A DNA stretch of 32,000 nucleotides from Candidatus Velamenicoccus archaeovorus (GCF_004102945.1 NZ_CP019384.1:1320001-1352000); one strand, 5' to 3'. Counted from the first letter of the stretch, positions 16,979 through 26,377 are shown. Translations and numbers: made by a program. The notes: generated by a model from the letters alone, not told the origin.

Positions 16979-19411
16979 TCACTTCTGCTCAAAAGACAAT
17001 TCTTCCCTGTCTTTTTTCTTGCCGATCTTGACCATGCTCCCCTCTTTGATCCTGCCGCCGATGATCTCTTCAGCCAGGGGATCTTCGATATAACGCTGGA
17101 TCGTGCGCTTTAAAGGACGCGCGCCGAAAACAGGATCGAAGCCTTTTTCGATCAGGAAATCCTTCGCCTCCTGGTCCAGGGCCAGCGTCACGTGCCGTTC
17201 GTTCAGGCGCCCCTGGACCTCGCCGATCTCGATCTCAACGATCTTATAAAGGTCGTTCTTCTCCAAAGGACGGAAGACGATGACGTCGTCGATCCTGTTG
17301 AGAAATTCCGGCTTGAAGGTCCTCTTGACCTCCTCCAGGAGCCGCTCCTTCATCTGCTGATACGACATGTCCCCGCTCTGCGCCTTAAACCCCAAAGCGC
17401 CCTGCTTGCGCAGAAGCTCCGCCCCGACGTTGGAGGTCATGATGATGATGCAATTGCGGAAATCGACCTTGCGGCCGAAACTATCGGTAAGACGCCCGTC
17501 CTCCAGGACTTGCAGGAGGATATTGAAGACATCCGGGTGCGCCTTTTCGATCTCATCCAAAAGGATGACCGCGTACGGGCGGCGCCGGATTTTCTCCGTC
17601 AGCTGACCGCCCTCTTCGTACCCCACATATCCCGGCGGCGCGCCCACGAGGCGCGAGACATTGAACTTCTCCATATATTCCGACATGTCCAGCTGCACGA
17701 GGGCATTTTCATCCCCGAACATGAATTCTGCGAGCGCACGGGCCAGCAACGTCTTTCCGACGCCGGTGGGCCCCAAAAAGACGAAAGAGCCGATGGGCCG
17801 GCGCGGATCCTTGATCCCCGCGCGGGATCTCCTGACCGAACGGCCGATCGCCGCCAAAGCCTCATCCTGTCCGACGACCCTCTGGCGCAGTTCTTCTTCG
17901 ATCTTGAGAAGCTTTTCGCTCTCTTTCTGCTCGAGCCTCACGACCGGGATACCCGTGATCTTGGAAACGATGGTCGCGATATCTTCTTCCGTGATCTTGG
18001 GCCTGGACTTGGCGCGCTCCTCCTGCCACTTCTTCCTTTCATCCTCAAGATTCTGGCGGGCCTGGCGCTCCTGGTCCCGCAAAGAAGCCGCCTTTTCAAA
18101 ATCCTGATTCTTGATGAAAATCTCTTTTTCCTTCTTGAGCTCTTCGACGTTCATCTCCAGCTGTTTGATGCCCGGAGGGACGATCAGCGTAGCGAGACGG
18201 GCGCGGGATCCGGACTCATCCAGAAGATCGATCGCCTTGTCGGGAAGAAAACGGCCGCTGATGTAACGATCGGAGAACTTTGCAGCCGCCGCAATGGCCT
18301 CATCGAGATATTCGACATTATGGTGACGTTCGTATTTATCACGCAGCCCTTTAAGGATCTCCACCGTCTCATCGACGGAAGGCGGGTCCACCATGATGGT
18401 CTGGAACCGGCGCTCCAGTGCGGCGTCCTTTTCGATGTATTTACGGTATTCATCCGGCGTCGTGGCGCCGATGCACTGAATTTCCCCGCGCGACAAGGCG
18501 GGCTTGAGGATGTTGGAGGCGTCGATCGCCCCTTCCGCGGCGCCTGCCCCGACGAGCATATGCAGCTCGTCGATAAAGATCATGACGTCGCGCGAGCGCT
18601 TGATCTCGTCCATGACGGCCTTGATCCTCTCTTCAAACTGGCCGCGGTATTTTGTCCCGGCGATCATGAGCGCCAAATCCAGCGCCACGATACGCTTGCC
18701 GATCAGAACTTCGGGAACGTTCGACATGACGATCTGCTGGGCGAGGCCCTCGACGATCGCGGTCTTGCCGACGCCCGCTTCACCGAGAAGAACCGGGTTA
18801 TTCTTTGTCCGCCTGGCCAAGATCTGGATCACACGCTCGATCTCGTTTTTCCTGCCGATGACGGGGTCGAGTTTGCCTTCACGCGCCAAGGCCGTCAAGT
18901 CGCGGCCAAAGGCATCTAGGGCCGGCGTCTTGGATTTGCTCTGGGCCTGCGTGCCAAAGCCCGGCGTTGCGGACCCCAGAAGCTCCATGATCTCGCTGCG
19001 CACCCGGTTCAGATCAAGCCCAAGATTCAAAAGAACCTGGGAAGCAACGCCTTCACCTTCCCGGATCAGCCCCAACAGCAGATGTTCGGTGCCGATATAG
19101 TTATGCCCGAGGGCGCGCGCCTCCTCTGCCGCCAATTCCAGCGCTTTTTTGGAACGCGGCGTAAATGGCACGTCCCCCTGGATCTGCGTCGTCGGACCCG
19201 GCTGGACGAGTTTTTCCACTTCCAAGCGGATGCTCTCCAGGCTCAAACCCAGTTTCTGCAAAACGGCAGCCGCGACCCCTTCGCCTTCCCGGATCAGCCC
19301 CAACAGCAGATGTTCGGTGCCGATATAATCGTGATTAAAACGCCTGGCCTCTTCCTTGGCCAAGACAATGACCTTTCTGGCTCTTTCCGTAAAACGATTG
19401 AACACATTCAC
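16979..19411 (-). CDS. clpC: ATP-dependent Clp protease ATP-binding subunit ClpC
   Basis: Two N-terminal Clp repeats, two AAA+ modules ([15 protein letters not shown]; GPTGVGKT), a UVR-like linker. 810 aa. GTG start at 19411; the in-frame GTG at 19405 has better SD spacing (GGAGG-N5). Confidence 0.95.
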   Translation of the reverse strand: MNVFNRFTERARKVIVLAKEEARRFNHDYIGTEHLLLGLIREGEGVAAAVLQKLGLSLESIRLEVEKLVQPGPTTQIQGDVPFTPRSKKALELAAEEARALGHNYIGTEHLLLGLIREGEGVASQVLLNLGLDLNRVRSEIMELLGSATPGFGTQAQSKSKTPALDAFGRDLTALAREGKLDPVIGRKNEIERVIQILARRTKNNPVLLGEAGVGKTAIVEGLAQQIVMSNVPEVLIGKRIVALDLALMIAGTKYRGQFEERIKAVMDEIKRSRDVMIFIDELHMLVGAGAAEGAIDASNILKPALSRGEIQCIGATTPDEYRKYIEKDAALERRFQTIMVDPPSVDETVEILKGLRDKYERHHNVEYLDEAIAAAAKFSDRYISGRFLPDKAIDLLDESGSRARLATLIVPPGIKQLEMNVEELKKEKEIFIKNQDFEKAASLRDQERQARQNLEDERKKWQEERAKSRPKITEEDIATIVSKITGIPVVRLEQKESEKLLKIEEELRQRVVGQDEALAAIGRSVRRSRAGIKDPRRPIGSFVFLGPTGVGKTLLARALAEFMFGDENALVQLDMSEYMEKFNVSRLVGAPPGYVGYEEGGQLTEKIRRRPYAVILLDEIEKAHPDVFNILLQVLEDGRLTDSFGRKVDFRNCIIIMTSNVGAELLRKQGALGFKAQSGDMSYQQMKERLLEEVKRTFKPEFLNRIDDVIVFRPLEKNDLYKIVEIEIGEVQGRLNERHVTLALDQEAKDFLIEKGFDPVFGARPLKRTIQRYIEDPLAEEIIGGRIKEGSMVKIGKKKDREELSFEQK

Positions 19412-19429
19412 CTCCGACTTGTCTATGGA

Positions 19430-20479
19430 CTACACTTTCAGGCGCTCACGGATAATTTGCGCCCGTTTGATATCGCGCTCATTGGCGGATAACTTTTTGT
19501 TCTCGAGCTTCTGCAGGTGCGCGGGCTGCGTCAGGATGAAAAGCTCATTGATCAGGCCGCGCTCCATGTTCTCGACGAGCCCAAGGTCGTTGCCCAGCCG
19601 CAGCATGGACAAAAGTTCAACGGTCTCGCCGCTTGAAATGATGTGGGCGTTCTTGAGTGTGCCGTACGAACGCCAGATCCTGTCTTCGAGCATCTCCCGG
19701 TGCTCGGCCAAAAGGACTTCCCGCGCCTTCTGTTCCTGCTCGATGATCTGACCGATGACGCCCTTGATGTTGCCGAGGATCTCCTCCTCTCTCAATCCCA
19801 AAGAAACCTGGTTGGAGATCTGGAAAAAATTTCCCGATGCCTGCGTGCCTTCCCCATAGAGACCGCGCGTCGTAAAGCTTAACTTAGCGATAGCCTCCAG
19901 CACCTTATTGATCTGACGCGACATGACGAGTGCCGGCAAATGAAGCATCACGGACCCCCGCATGCCCGTGCCTGTATTCGTGGGGCAGGCTGTCAGATAA
20001 CCCCATTCCCGGCTAAAGGCATAAGACAGAAAACCGGAAAGCTGGTCGTCGATGGAGTTGATGACGTCCCAGGTCTTGTCCAGGTCGAACCCGGATTCCA
20101 TCACCTGGATACGCAGGTGGTCTTCTTCGTTGACCATGATGGCGACATCTTCCCGCGGTGTCACGCATAGCGCTTTCTGGTTGCTGCGGACCGCGTGTTC
20201 GTTCGACATCAGATGACGTTCCACCAAAAACTGCTTGTCGATATTGTCGAGTTCCTCTAACCGCAGGAAAACCGCGCTCTTCAATTCGGCCGTCCGCTCG
20301 AACGCAGCCTTGGTCGTGACCAGGACCTGCTCGGCGTCATTTTTCTTGGCCCAATGCGGGAAAGGCGTCTTATCCAGGTTCCTCGCCAACCGGATCCTCG
20401 AAGAGATCACGATATCGGAATGAGGTCCCGTGCCTTTCAGCCAGCTGGAAACCTGATTGATCAGATCATTAAGATTCAT
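19430..20479 (-). CDS. mcsB: Protein arginine kinase McsB (ATP:guanido phosphotransferase family)
   Basis: Active-site signature CPTNTGTGMR. N-terminus MNLNDLINQVSSWLKGTGPHSDIVISSRIRLARN aligns with my recollection of B. subtilis McsB. The track start at 20488 is TTG; I prefer the ATG at 20479. Confidence 0.9.
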   Translation of the reverse strand: MNLNDLINQVSSWLKGTGPHSDIVISSRIRLARNLDKTPFPHWAKKNDAEQVLVTTKAAFERTAELKSAVFLRLEELDNIDKQFLVERHLMSNEHAVRSNQKALCVTPREDVAIMVNEEDHLRIQVMESGFDLDKTWDVINSIDDQLSGFLSYAFSREWGYLTACPTNTGTGMRGSVMLHLPALVMSRQINKVLEAIAKLSFTTRGLYGEGTQASGNFFQISNQVSLGLREEEILGNIKGVIGQIIEQEQKAREVLLAEHREMLEDRIWRSYGTLKNAHIISSGETVELLSMLRLGNDLGLVENMERGLINELFILTQPAHLQKLENKKLSANERDIKRAQIIRERLKV

Positions 20480-20508
20480 CGTAATCAAATTCCTAATTTC
20501 TACGTTCC

Positions 20509-20581
20509 AATGCCGAATAAAATTCTAATGCCCAATAACAAATATTTTCCGTCTTGAAAAATTAGAAATTAATTCGGCATT
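20509..20581. repeat. AT-rich 73-nt inverted-repeat element between mcsA and mcsB
   Basis: 21-nt arms AATGCCGAATAAAATTCTAAT (20509-20529) and ATTAGAAATTAATTCGGCATT (20561-20581) pair at 19/21 positions. 31-nt loop. Confidence 0.5.
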
Positions 20582-20614
20582 CGTCATTAAAAATTTGGTA
20601 TTGAGGGAGCTGTG

Positions 20615-21166
20615 CTATTGCCCCGTTTCTTCCGTCTTGGATTTTTTCTTCTTCTCCGTCTTCTCGGCTTCCTTGATCGCGTCGCGCAGGCGCGCGGCCT
20701 CCTCAAATTCCTCGCGGTCGACGGCCTCCTGCAGCTTCGCCTTCAGCTCCGCCACCGAAGACCCGCGGGACCTGACGGCAGATTTCGCCTCCTCCTGGGA
20801 CAAAGACAGCGGCGTTTTGCCGACATGCTGGCTGGCGCCGTGGATGCGCTTCAAGAGAGGCCCCAAATAGCGCCCGAAGGCCGTGTAACATTCGCTGCAA
20901 CCCAGGCGGCCGATCTTGCGGAAATCCTCGTAGGTCAGGCCGCAAAAAGGACATTGCGTCCCGACAGCCGATTTCTCCGAGCCGCCCAGCTGCTTCGAAT
21001 AATCCACAAGGCCCGCCAGAAGATCCGAGAGACCGAACTGCTGCTCCATCTGGATGCTTTTTTTCTTGGCGCAGTCATCACAAAGATGCAACTCGGTCAT
21101 CTGGTTATCGACGATCTCGGTCAGATGCACCGTCGCCTGATTTTTATTGCAGATATTACAGAGCAT
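20615..21166 (-). CDS. mcsA: McsA-like protein arginine kinase activator (UvrB/UvrC-motif protein)
   Basis: N-terminal CxxC pairs (CNIC..CDDC; CPFC..CSEC) and a C-terminal UVR motif (EEFEEAARLRDAI). Immediately upstream of mcsB-clpC. Confidence 0.8.
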   Translation of the reverse strand: MLCNICNKNQATVHLTEIVDNQMTELHLCDDCAKKKSIQMEQQFGLSDLLAGLVDYSKQLGGSEKSAVGTQCPFCGLTYEDFRKIGRLGCSECYTAFGRYLGPLLKRIHGASQHVGKTPLSLSQEEAKSAVRSRGSSVAELKAKLQEAVDREEFEEAARLRDAIKEAEKTEKKKKSKTEETGQ

Positions 21167-22028
21167 AGCGGACGCCGTCCTTTTTCGTGATCTTCTTAAA
21201 AACGCCGATCAAAGCCGACGTGTGCTTGCCGACGTTCCCCGCCCCGATCAGACGGCCGTCGATCATGACGACCGGGATAAGCTCCGCAGCCGTCCCCGTC
21301 AAGAACATCTCGTCGGCGACATACAATTCGAAACGCGTCACCATGCGTTCACAAGTCTTGAGGCCCGCCTTCGCGGCCACCTCCAGCACGGCCCCGCGCG
21401 TGATACCGTTCAAGACGCCCACGGAAACAGGCGGCGTCACCAGGACATCGTCCTTGATCATGAAGATATTATCGCCCGTGCACTCCGTCACGAATCCGTT
21501 CTGGTCCAGCATCAATGCCTCGGGCACGCCGGCGTTGATCGCCTCGATCTTTCCCAGGATGTTATTGAGATAATTCAGGGATTTGATCTGGGGATTCAGG
21601 GCCTCCGGGATATTGCGCCGGGTCGGCACCGTCACGATCTTGAGCCCCTTGTGATACAATTCCGCCGCATAGAGAGCGATCTTGTCCGTGATGATGAAGA
21701 CCGTGGCATGACGGCAGTTGCGCGGATCCAGGCCGAGGTCGCCCTCGCCTCTCGTCACCACCACGCGGATATAGGCATCTTTAAGCTTATTGGCCTTCAG
21801 GGTGCCGACGATCGCCTTCTCCATCTCTCTTTTCTGCATCGGGATCTTCAAAGAGATGCCCTGGGCCGAGGCATAAAGACGGTCGATATGCTCGCGCAGT
21901 TTAAAAACAAGGCAATCATAGGAACGGATCCCCTCGAACACTCCATCGCCGTAAAGCAGACCGTGATCGAACACCGACACCTTCGCGTCTTCTTTTTTGA
22001 CCAGCTTTCCGTTAAAATAAATCAACAT
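21156..22028 (-). CDS. ilvE: Branched-chain amino acid aminotransferase (fold type IV)
   Basis: DHGLLYGDGVFEGIR, catalytic-Lys region PQIKSLNYLNNILGK. The ATG at 22028 is preferred over the TTG at 22040. 11-nt overlap with the mcsA start. Confidence 0.85.
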   Translation of the reverse strand: MLIYFNGKLVKKEDAKVSVFDHGLLYGDGVFEGIRSYDCLVFKLREHIDRLYASAQGISLKIPMQKREMEKAIVGTLKANKLKDAYIRVVVTRGEGDLGLDPRNCRHATVFIITDKIALYAAELYHKGLKIVTVPTRRNIPEALNPQIKSLNYLNNILGKIEAINAGVPEALMLDQNGFVTECTGDNIFMIKDDVLVTPPVSVGVLNGITRGAVLEVAAKAGLKTCERMVTRFELYVADEMFLTGTAAELIPVVMIDGRLIGAGNVGKHTSALIGVFKKITKKDGVRYAL

Positions 22029-22127
22029 CGTGCCTCTCAATCTCCCGCTGAATCGTTTTGTCTGAAATTGATCCCGAGTCTCCGTCAGCGTTTCTCCTAG
22101 AAACGAGGGACCTTGTCAACCTGCCTG

Positions 22128-22802
22128 CTATCCTGTAACAAGCCTTCCATCGAAAATTTTCAATGTCCTGTGGCTGCCGTGCGCCAGCTCGGGGCTGTGC
22201 GTCACCAGGACGACCGTCGTCCCCTTTTCTTTATTGAGGCGCATCAACAATTCCTGGATGTGCCTGCCGGACTCGAAATCCAGGTTCCCCGTCGGCTCAT
22301 CGCAAAAAAGGATTTCCGGGTCGTTGATGAGCGCCCGCGCCACGGCCACGCGCTGCTGTTCGCCGCCGGACAGCTCCGAAGGCCTGTGTTTCAGCCGTTG
22401 CGACAAACCCAGAAAATCCAGGAGCCCTTCGGCCTTTTTCCTGACGTCGGATACGCCCTGCGATCCCCGCCCGACGCAACCCGGCAGCATCACATTTTCC
22501 AGCGCCGTGAACTCCCTCAAAAGATGGTAAAACTGAAAAACAAAACCGAACATCTTGTTGCGGATCGCGGCCTGCCGCCGCTCATCCATCGTCGTCAGGC
22601 GCGCGCCGTCGACAAAAACCTCACCATGCGTCGGCGTATCCAATCCTCCGAGAATATGCAACAGGGTCGACTTTCCCGCCCCCGAAGGACCCACGATGCT
22701 CAACATTTCAGACCGCTTGACCTCTAAGCTTACGTCTTTAAGCACGGTCAGCGCCTTCGGGCCCTGACGATATGTTTTTTGAAGATGGAGCGCTTTAAGC
22801 AC
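22128..22802 (-). CDS. lolD: Lipoprotein-releasing system ATP-binding protein (LolD/MacB-type ABC ATPase)
   Basis: Walker A GPSGAGKST, signature LSGGEQQRVAVARAL, Walker B ILFCDEPTGNLD. GTG start sharing 1 nt with the upstream stop. Confidence 0.8.
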   Translation of the reverse strand: MLKALHLQKTYRQGPKALTVLKDVSLEVKRSEMLSIVGPSGAGKSTLLHILGGLDTPTHGEVFVDGARLTTMDERRQAAIRNKMFGFVFQFYHLLREFTALENVMLPGCVGRGSQGVSDVRKKAEGLLDFLGLSQRLKHRPSELSGGEQQRVAVARALINDPEILFCDEPTGNLDFESGRHIQELLMRLNKEKGTTVVLVTHSPELAHGSHRTLKIFDGRLVTG

Positions 22803-23983
22803 TATTCATACCTCAGGGCATCTGCCGGCACGAGGCGCGCCGCCTTGGACGCCGGGTAAATCGTTGCCAGAAAACAAATTAAAAGAGCTGAGCCTGCGAT
22901 CATGGCCACATCGAGCCCGCGCAGCGCCACAGGCAAATGGTCGATATAATAAATATCCTGGGGGAGCTGGATGAACTGATATTTTTTAAGCAAAAGACAC
23001 AAAATAATCCCTCCTATTATACCAAAAAGGATACCTCCTGTGCCAATAATTAGGCCGCCCCATGTAAAGATCCTTCTCACCTGCCCTTGAGATACGCCCA
23101 CGGCCTTTAAAATACCGATATCCTTTGTCTTTTCGACAACCATGACGATGAGCGTGCTGACGATGTTAAAACAGGCCACGAGCACGATCAATGTCAGGAT
23201 AATGAACATCGCCAGCTTTTCCAGCGCCAGAGCGGAGAAAAAATTCTTGTTGATATCCATCCATGTGCGGCTATGAAGACCGGCGGGCAGGACACGGTTC
23301 AATTCTTTCTTGACCTGCGGCGCCAAATAAGGATTATCCAGACGGACACCCACCTGGGTCACCAATGTCCCGACGCCGAAAAATTGCTGGGCGTCTTTAA
23401 TGTTCAAGAACGCCAAATTAAGGTCATAATCGTACATGCCGGTATGGAAGATCCCGCTCACCTTGAACGGCGTATTCAATCCCACGACCGGCGACGACAA
23501 GACCACCTCGTCGCCGACGGAAAGACCCAGCACAGCCGCCAGCTCCTTGCCGAGGACGATGCCTCCCGGAGGCAGGTTCAGCCGGCCGCCCTCCATATAA
23601 CCGAGAATACGCGTCACGCGGCTCTCGGACGCCTGATCCACCCCCTTGAGATTCAGGCTCAACACCTTGTCTTTGTAATAGAGAAAGGCCTGGCCGCTGA
23701 CATACGGCGCAACATCCCGCACACCCCTGAGGCCTTCGATCAAAGACTTAACTTGTTGAAAATCGGCGATCCCGTCTTCGCTCTGGATGATGATATGGGG
23801 ATTGGCGCCGATGATCTTATCCTTGAGATCGTTATCAAAACCCGTCATGACGGCGATGACAATGATAAGGGCCATCACGCCGATGGCGATCCCAAGACAC
23901 GAGATCAGGCTGATGACGGAAATGAACCGTTCTTTCTGCAGAGTCAAGAAATAACGCCGGCTGATAAAAAAAGCAAGATTCAT
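22802..23983 (-). CDS. Lipoprotein-releasing system permease (LolC/LolE family, FtsX-like)
   Basis: N-terminus MNLAFFISRRYF..FISVISLISCLGIAIGVMALIIV, a MacB-like periplasmic domain, a C-terminal FtsX 3-TM module. LolC vs LolE cannot be distinguished. Confidence 0.8.
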   Translation of the reverse strand: MNLAFFISRRYFLTLQKERFISVISLISCLGIAIGVMALIIVIAVMTGFDNDLKDKIIGANPHIIIQSEDGIADFQQVKSLIEGLRGVRDVAPYVSGQAFLYYKDKVLSLNLKGVDQASESRVTRILGYMEGGRLNLPPGGIVLGKELAAVLGLSVGDEVVLSSPVVGLNTPFKVSGIFHTGMYDYDLNLAFLNIKDAQQFFGVGTLVTQVGVRLDNPYLAPQVKKELNRVLPAGLHSRTWMDINKNFFSALALEKLAMFIILTLIVLVACFNIVSTLIVMVVEKTKDIGILKAVGVSQGQVRRIFTWGGLIIGTGGILFGIIGGIILCLLLKKYQFIQLPQDIYYIDHLPVALRGLDVAMIAGSALLICFLATIYPASKAARLVPADALRYE

Positions 23984-23986
23984 CGC

Positions 23987-25450
23987 TTAACCTTCCGCGC
24001 CTTCCGTCCCCTTTTCCGGACGCAGCAAAGGGAACAGGATGACGTCGCGGATCGAAGGCTGATTCAAAAACAGCATGCACAGCCTGTCGATGCCGATCCC
24101 TAGCCCGCCCGTCGGCGGCATGCCGTATTCCAGGGCCTCGACAAAATCCTCATCCAGACAGCGTTGGCCCGATCCGGCCTCTTCCTTGAGTTCCTCCTGA
24201 AGGCGCTGTTTCTGCTCGATAGGATCATTAAGCTCGGAATAGGCGTTCGCGACTTCCATGCCGGCCATATAAAGCTCAAAACGCTCCGAGATCAAAGGGT
24301 TCTCCGGTTTGTTTTTCGCCAAAGGACAAAGGATGCTGAAATAGTCGGTAAAAAAAACAGGTTGTGTCGGGGCATCAGCCGTCAGGATCTCCTCGACAAG
24401 GCGCACGACCTGGGACCTGGAAAGCCGGTCTTCTACGGGCCGGCCTTTGGCCCTGAGCTTTTGCACCATGACTGCCGTCTCATCTTCGGGGTTGATATCG
24501 AAATGCTCTTTGACCGCCTGGGCGAAAGAGCGCCGCGGCCACGGCGGCGTCAGATTGATCTTCTGCCCCTGATACTCGATCTCCAGCTTCCCGAGGACCT
24601 CCTGGGCGACATGCGCGAAGATCTCCTCGGTGATCTTCATCATGTCTTCGTAATTACAATAGGCCGCATAAAGCTCCAGCATCGTGAATTCAGGATTGTG
24701 GCGCGTCGAAACCCCCTCGTTACGGAAAGACCTGTTGATCTCATAGATCTTCTCAAAACCGCCGACAATCAGACGCTTGAGGTAAAGCTCGGGCGCGATA
24801 CGCAGAAAAAGGTCCATGTCGTATTCGTTGTGGTGCGTCTCAAAAGGCCTGCCGGCCGCGCCGCCAGGGATCAGGTGCATCATGGGCGTCTCGACTTCCA
24901 AAAACCCCCGGGAGTTCAAAAAAGACCTCATAGAACTCATGATCTTCGAACGCATGGCAAAGATGTCCCGGACTTCAGGGCTGGCGATGAGATCGACATA
25001 GCGCTGCCGGTAGCGGATCTGAACGTCCTTGAGGCCGTGCCACTTCTCCGGCAAGGGGCGCAGCGACTTCGCCAGAAGCCGGAAGGCCTTGACCTTGACG
25101 GTCGGCTCGCCTGTGTGCGTCTTAAAAGTCTCCCCTTCGATCCCGACGATATCGCCGATATCCAGCTTGTTAAAAAGCTCGAAATCTTTTTCCGCCAAAG
25201 GATCGTCTTTGCGGACGTAGAGCTGAATCCTGGCGCCCTCATCCCGCAAATCGGCAAAACAGACCTTGCCGTGCTTTCGTTTCGCCATCAGCCGGCCGGC
25301 GATGACGATGTCTTTGCCGTCCTCGAACGAAGACAATAAGTCCTTGACGGCACACGTCTTATCGAATTTCTGACCGTAAGGCCGCATGCCCGCTTCCTTA
25401 AAGGCAGAAAGCTTGTCGATACGCTGTTGTATGATTTCATTGAGTTCCAT
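23987..25450 (-). CDS. lysS: Lysine--tRNA ligase (class II)
   Basis: OB-fold N-terminal domain and class II motifs (FRNEGVSTRHNPEFTMLELY; GGLGIGIDRL). 487 aa. Confidence 0.95.
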   Translation of the reverse strand: MELNEIIQQRIDKLSAFKEAGMRPYGQKFDKTCAVKDLLSSFEDGKDIVIAGRLMAKRKHGKVCFADLRDEGARIQLYVRKDDPLAEKDFELFNKLDIGDIVGIEGETFKTHTGEPTVKVKAFRLLAKSLRPLPEKWHGLKDVQIRYRQRYVDLIASPEVRDIFAMRSKIMSSMRSFLNSRGFLEVETPMMHLIPGGAAGRPFETHHNEYDMDLFLRIAPELYLKRLIVGGFEKIYEINRSFRNEGVSTRHNPEFTMLELYAAYCNYEDMMKITEEIFAHVAQEVLGKLEIEYQGQKINLTPPWPRRSFAQAVKEHFDINPEDETAVMVQKLRAKGRPVEDRLSRSQVVRLVEEILTADAPTQPVFFTDYFSILCPLAKNKPENPLISERFELYMAGMEVANAYSELNDPIEQKQRLQEELKEEAGSGQRCLDEDFVEALEYGMPPTGGLGIGIDRLCMLFLNQPSIRDVILFPLLRPEKGTEGAEG

Positions 25451-25455
25451 GATGC

Positions 25456-25506
25456 TCCTTAATTTTGCCTATAACAGGGTTTCTATTCCTTGCAAAATTA
25501 ACTCCG
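25456..25506 (-). promoter_or_regulatory. Promoter-like cassette, copy A, directly upstream of lysS
   Basis: On the minus strand: TTGCAA (25490-25495) -N16- TATAGG (25468-25473) -CAAAATT- AAGGAG -CATC- ATG. 20 nt identical to 15064-15083. Confidence 0.5.
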
Positions 25507-25518
25507 AGCCTGCGAAGG

Positions 25519-25579
25519 AAATTTCACGCCGGATGGCTCGGCTAGCGAAGATAGCCAGAGCCCCCCTGGCGTGAAATTT
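25519..25579. other. Long bipartite stem-loop of unknown role
   Basis: AAATTTCACGCC (25519-25530) pairs with GGCGTGAAATTT (25568-25579): 12 bp perfect. Inner stem 25535-25544 / 25552-25562 has 10 bp with one bulge. No U-tract on either strand. Confidence 0.5.
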
Positions 25580-25730
25580 ACGAGCGTTCAGGCAAGGAGT
25601 AAACATTATCCTTTTAACTTTAACTCCTAAAAAACAAATAACTTAAGAAAAATCTGTGCTTTATTATAACCGACGCAAAAAGCCCTGTCAACGCCTATTC
25701 GGGGTCAGCGTGCTGCAAAACGACCGGGCC

Positions 25731-25776
25731 GCCCAAAAATAAAATGGCCCCTGGTCTCATTCCAACCAAGGGCCAT
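25731..25776 (-). terminator. Rho-independent terminator of the AdoMetDC-like gene
   Basis: 11-bp stem 25744-25754 / 25766-25776. The single plus-strand C.A becomes G.U on the minus strand. Followed on the minus strand by UUUAUUUUUG, about 20 nt after the stop. Confidence 0.7.
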
Positions 25777-25796
25777 CGTGATGCTGATAGCTTGCC

Positions 25797-26177
25797 TTAC
25801 TTCCTTAAAAGCACCCTCCTGGTGGCCTTCCTGGCCCCAAAGAACTTGACCGTGAAATCCGCAGCCTTGTGCGCGTCGAATTCCCTGCAGGAAAAGATAT
25901 TGATGTAAGCGGAATTCCAGAGCTCGGAAAAATGCCCCGTGATCGAGCTGGTCTCAATGAACTGCAGCATCGAATAACCCGCGGTATGCGCCTTATCGTA
26001 ACCGAAATGCGGCAGGAGCGTCTTGCCGTATTTTTTCATCTTCAACAGCTTGCAGAGCTTGGTGGTGAACTCAGAAAGCTTTTTGGCCGAACGGATCGTT
26101 TGAGGATCGCAACCGTAAAGATCCAGAACAACTTCCAGACCAAAACTACCCGCAGGCATCGTGACGTTCTTAGGCAT
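25797..26177 (-). CDS. Pyruvoyl-dependent decarboxylase proenzyme of the AdoMetDC (SpeH/SpeD, class 1) family; substrate uncertain
   Basis: 126 aa. Aligns with my recollection of small SpeH proteins: LYGCD.., ..LQFIETSSITGHFSE..AYINIFSCREFD corresponds to ..ISESHLTIHTWPE..AAIDLFTCG. The processing motif is ETSS rather than ESH. Confidence 0.8.
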   Translation of the reverse strand: MPKNVTMPAGSFGLEVVLDLYGCDPQTIRSAKKLSEFTTKLCKLLKMKKYGKTLLPHFGYDKAHTAGYSMLQFIETSSITGHFSELWNSAYINIFSCREFDAHKAADFTVKFFGARKATRRVLLRK

Positions 26178-26201
26178 CCCCTTACTTACCTCCCGTTGTT
26201 T

Positions 26202-26281
26202 GATAACACAGATTTCTAAAAAAGATTACACAGATTAAGTTCGAGTTTTAATCTGTGTAATCGGTTTATGAATCTGCGTCA
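26202..26281 (-). terminator. Leader terminator hairpin + U6 nested inside a second copy of the same inverted repeat (attenuator or operator)
   Basis: GATTACACAGATTAA / TTAATCTGTGTAATC (26224-26238 / 26248-26262) form a 15-bp perfect stem, followed on the minus strand by UUUUUU (plus A6 at 26218-26223). Related half-sites at 26202-26216 and 26270-26281 can pair with either arm. Confidence 0.55.
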
Positions 26282-26377
26282 TCAGAGGGCGCCGGTTGTT
26301 TCAGCGCCCTCAATGTATTGTCCCTGGAATTGTTTTTTTGACGACGACACAACCCAGGGACATCGCTCTTGGGTGAT

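Noticed and set aside
17192-18919. Very long plus-strand ORFs: 17192..18919 (575 aa), 7873..9258 (461 aa), 9362..10573 (403 aa), 24164..25339 (391 aa), 21147..22100 (317 aa), 28016..28840 (274 aa) and others.
   Set aside because: Each lies exactly antisense to a well-supported minus-strand gene (clpC, cysS, cysE/ispF, lysS, ilvE, nspC). Their translations are Arg/Asp/Leu/Gly-rich low-complexity sequence with no recognisable motifs. These are typical shadow ORFs in GC-rich coding DNA.
20509-20581. Interpreting the AT-rich inverted repeat between mcsA and mcsB as a mobile MITE insertion. More generally, looking for mobile elements, CRISPR arrays, toxin-antitoxin pairs or defence genes anywhere in the window.
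   Set aside because: There is no target-site duplication, no second copy in the window, and no transposase or integrase. No direct-repeat/spacer architecture and no unassigned ORF of 60 codons or more remains after annotation. The element is kept as a finding only as an unexplained hairpin.
25575-25706. Small minus-strand ORF (43 codons, MFTPCLNARKFHARGALAIF...) running through the 25519-25579 hairpin, and its plus-strand counterpart 25386..25574.
   Set aside because: The SD spacing is wrong (AAAGGA 2 nt from the ATG). The frame exists on both strands only because the region is a palindrome. No protein-like features.
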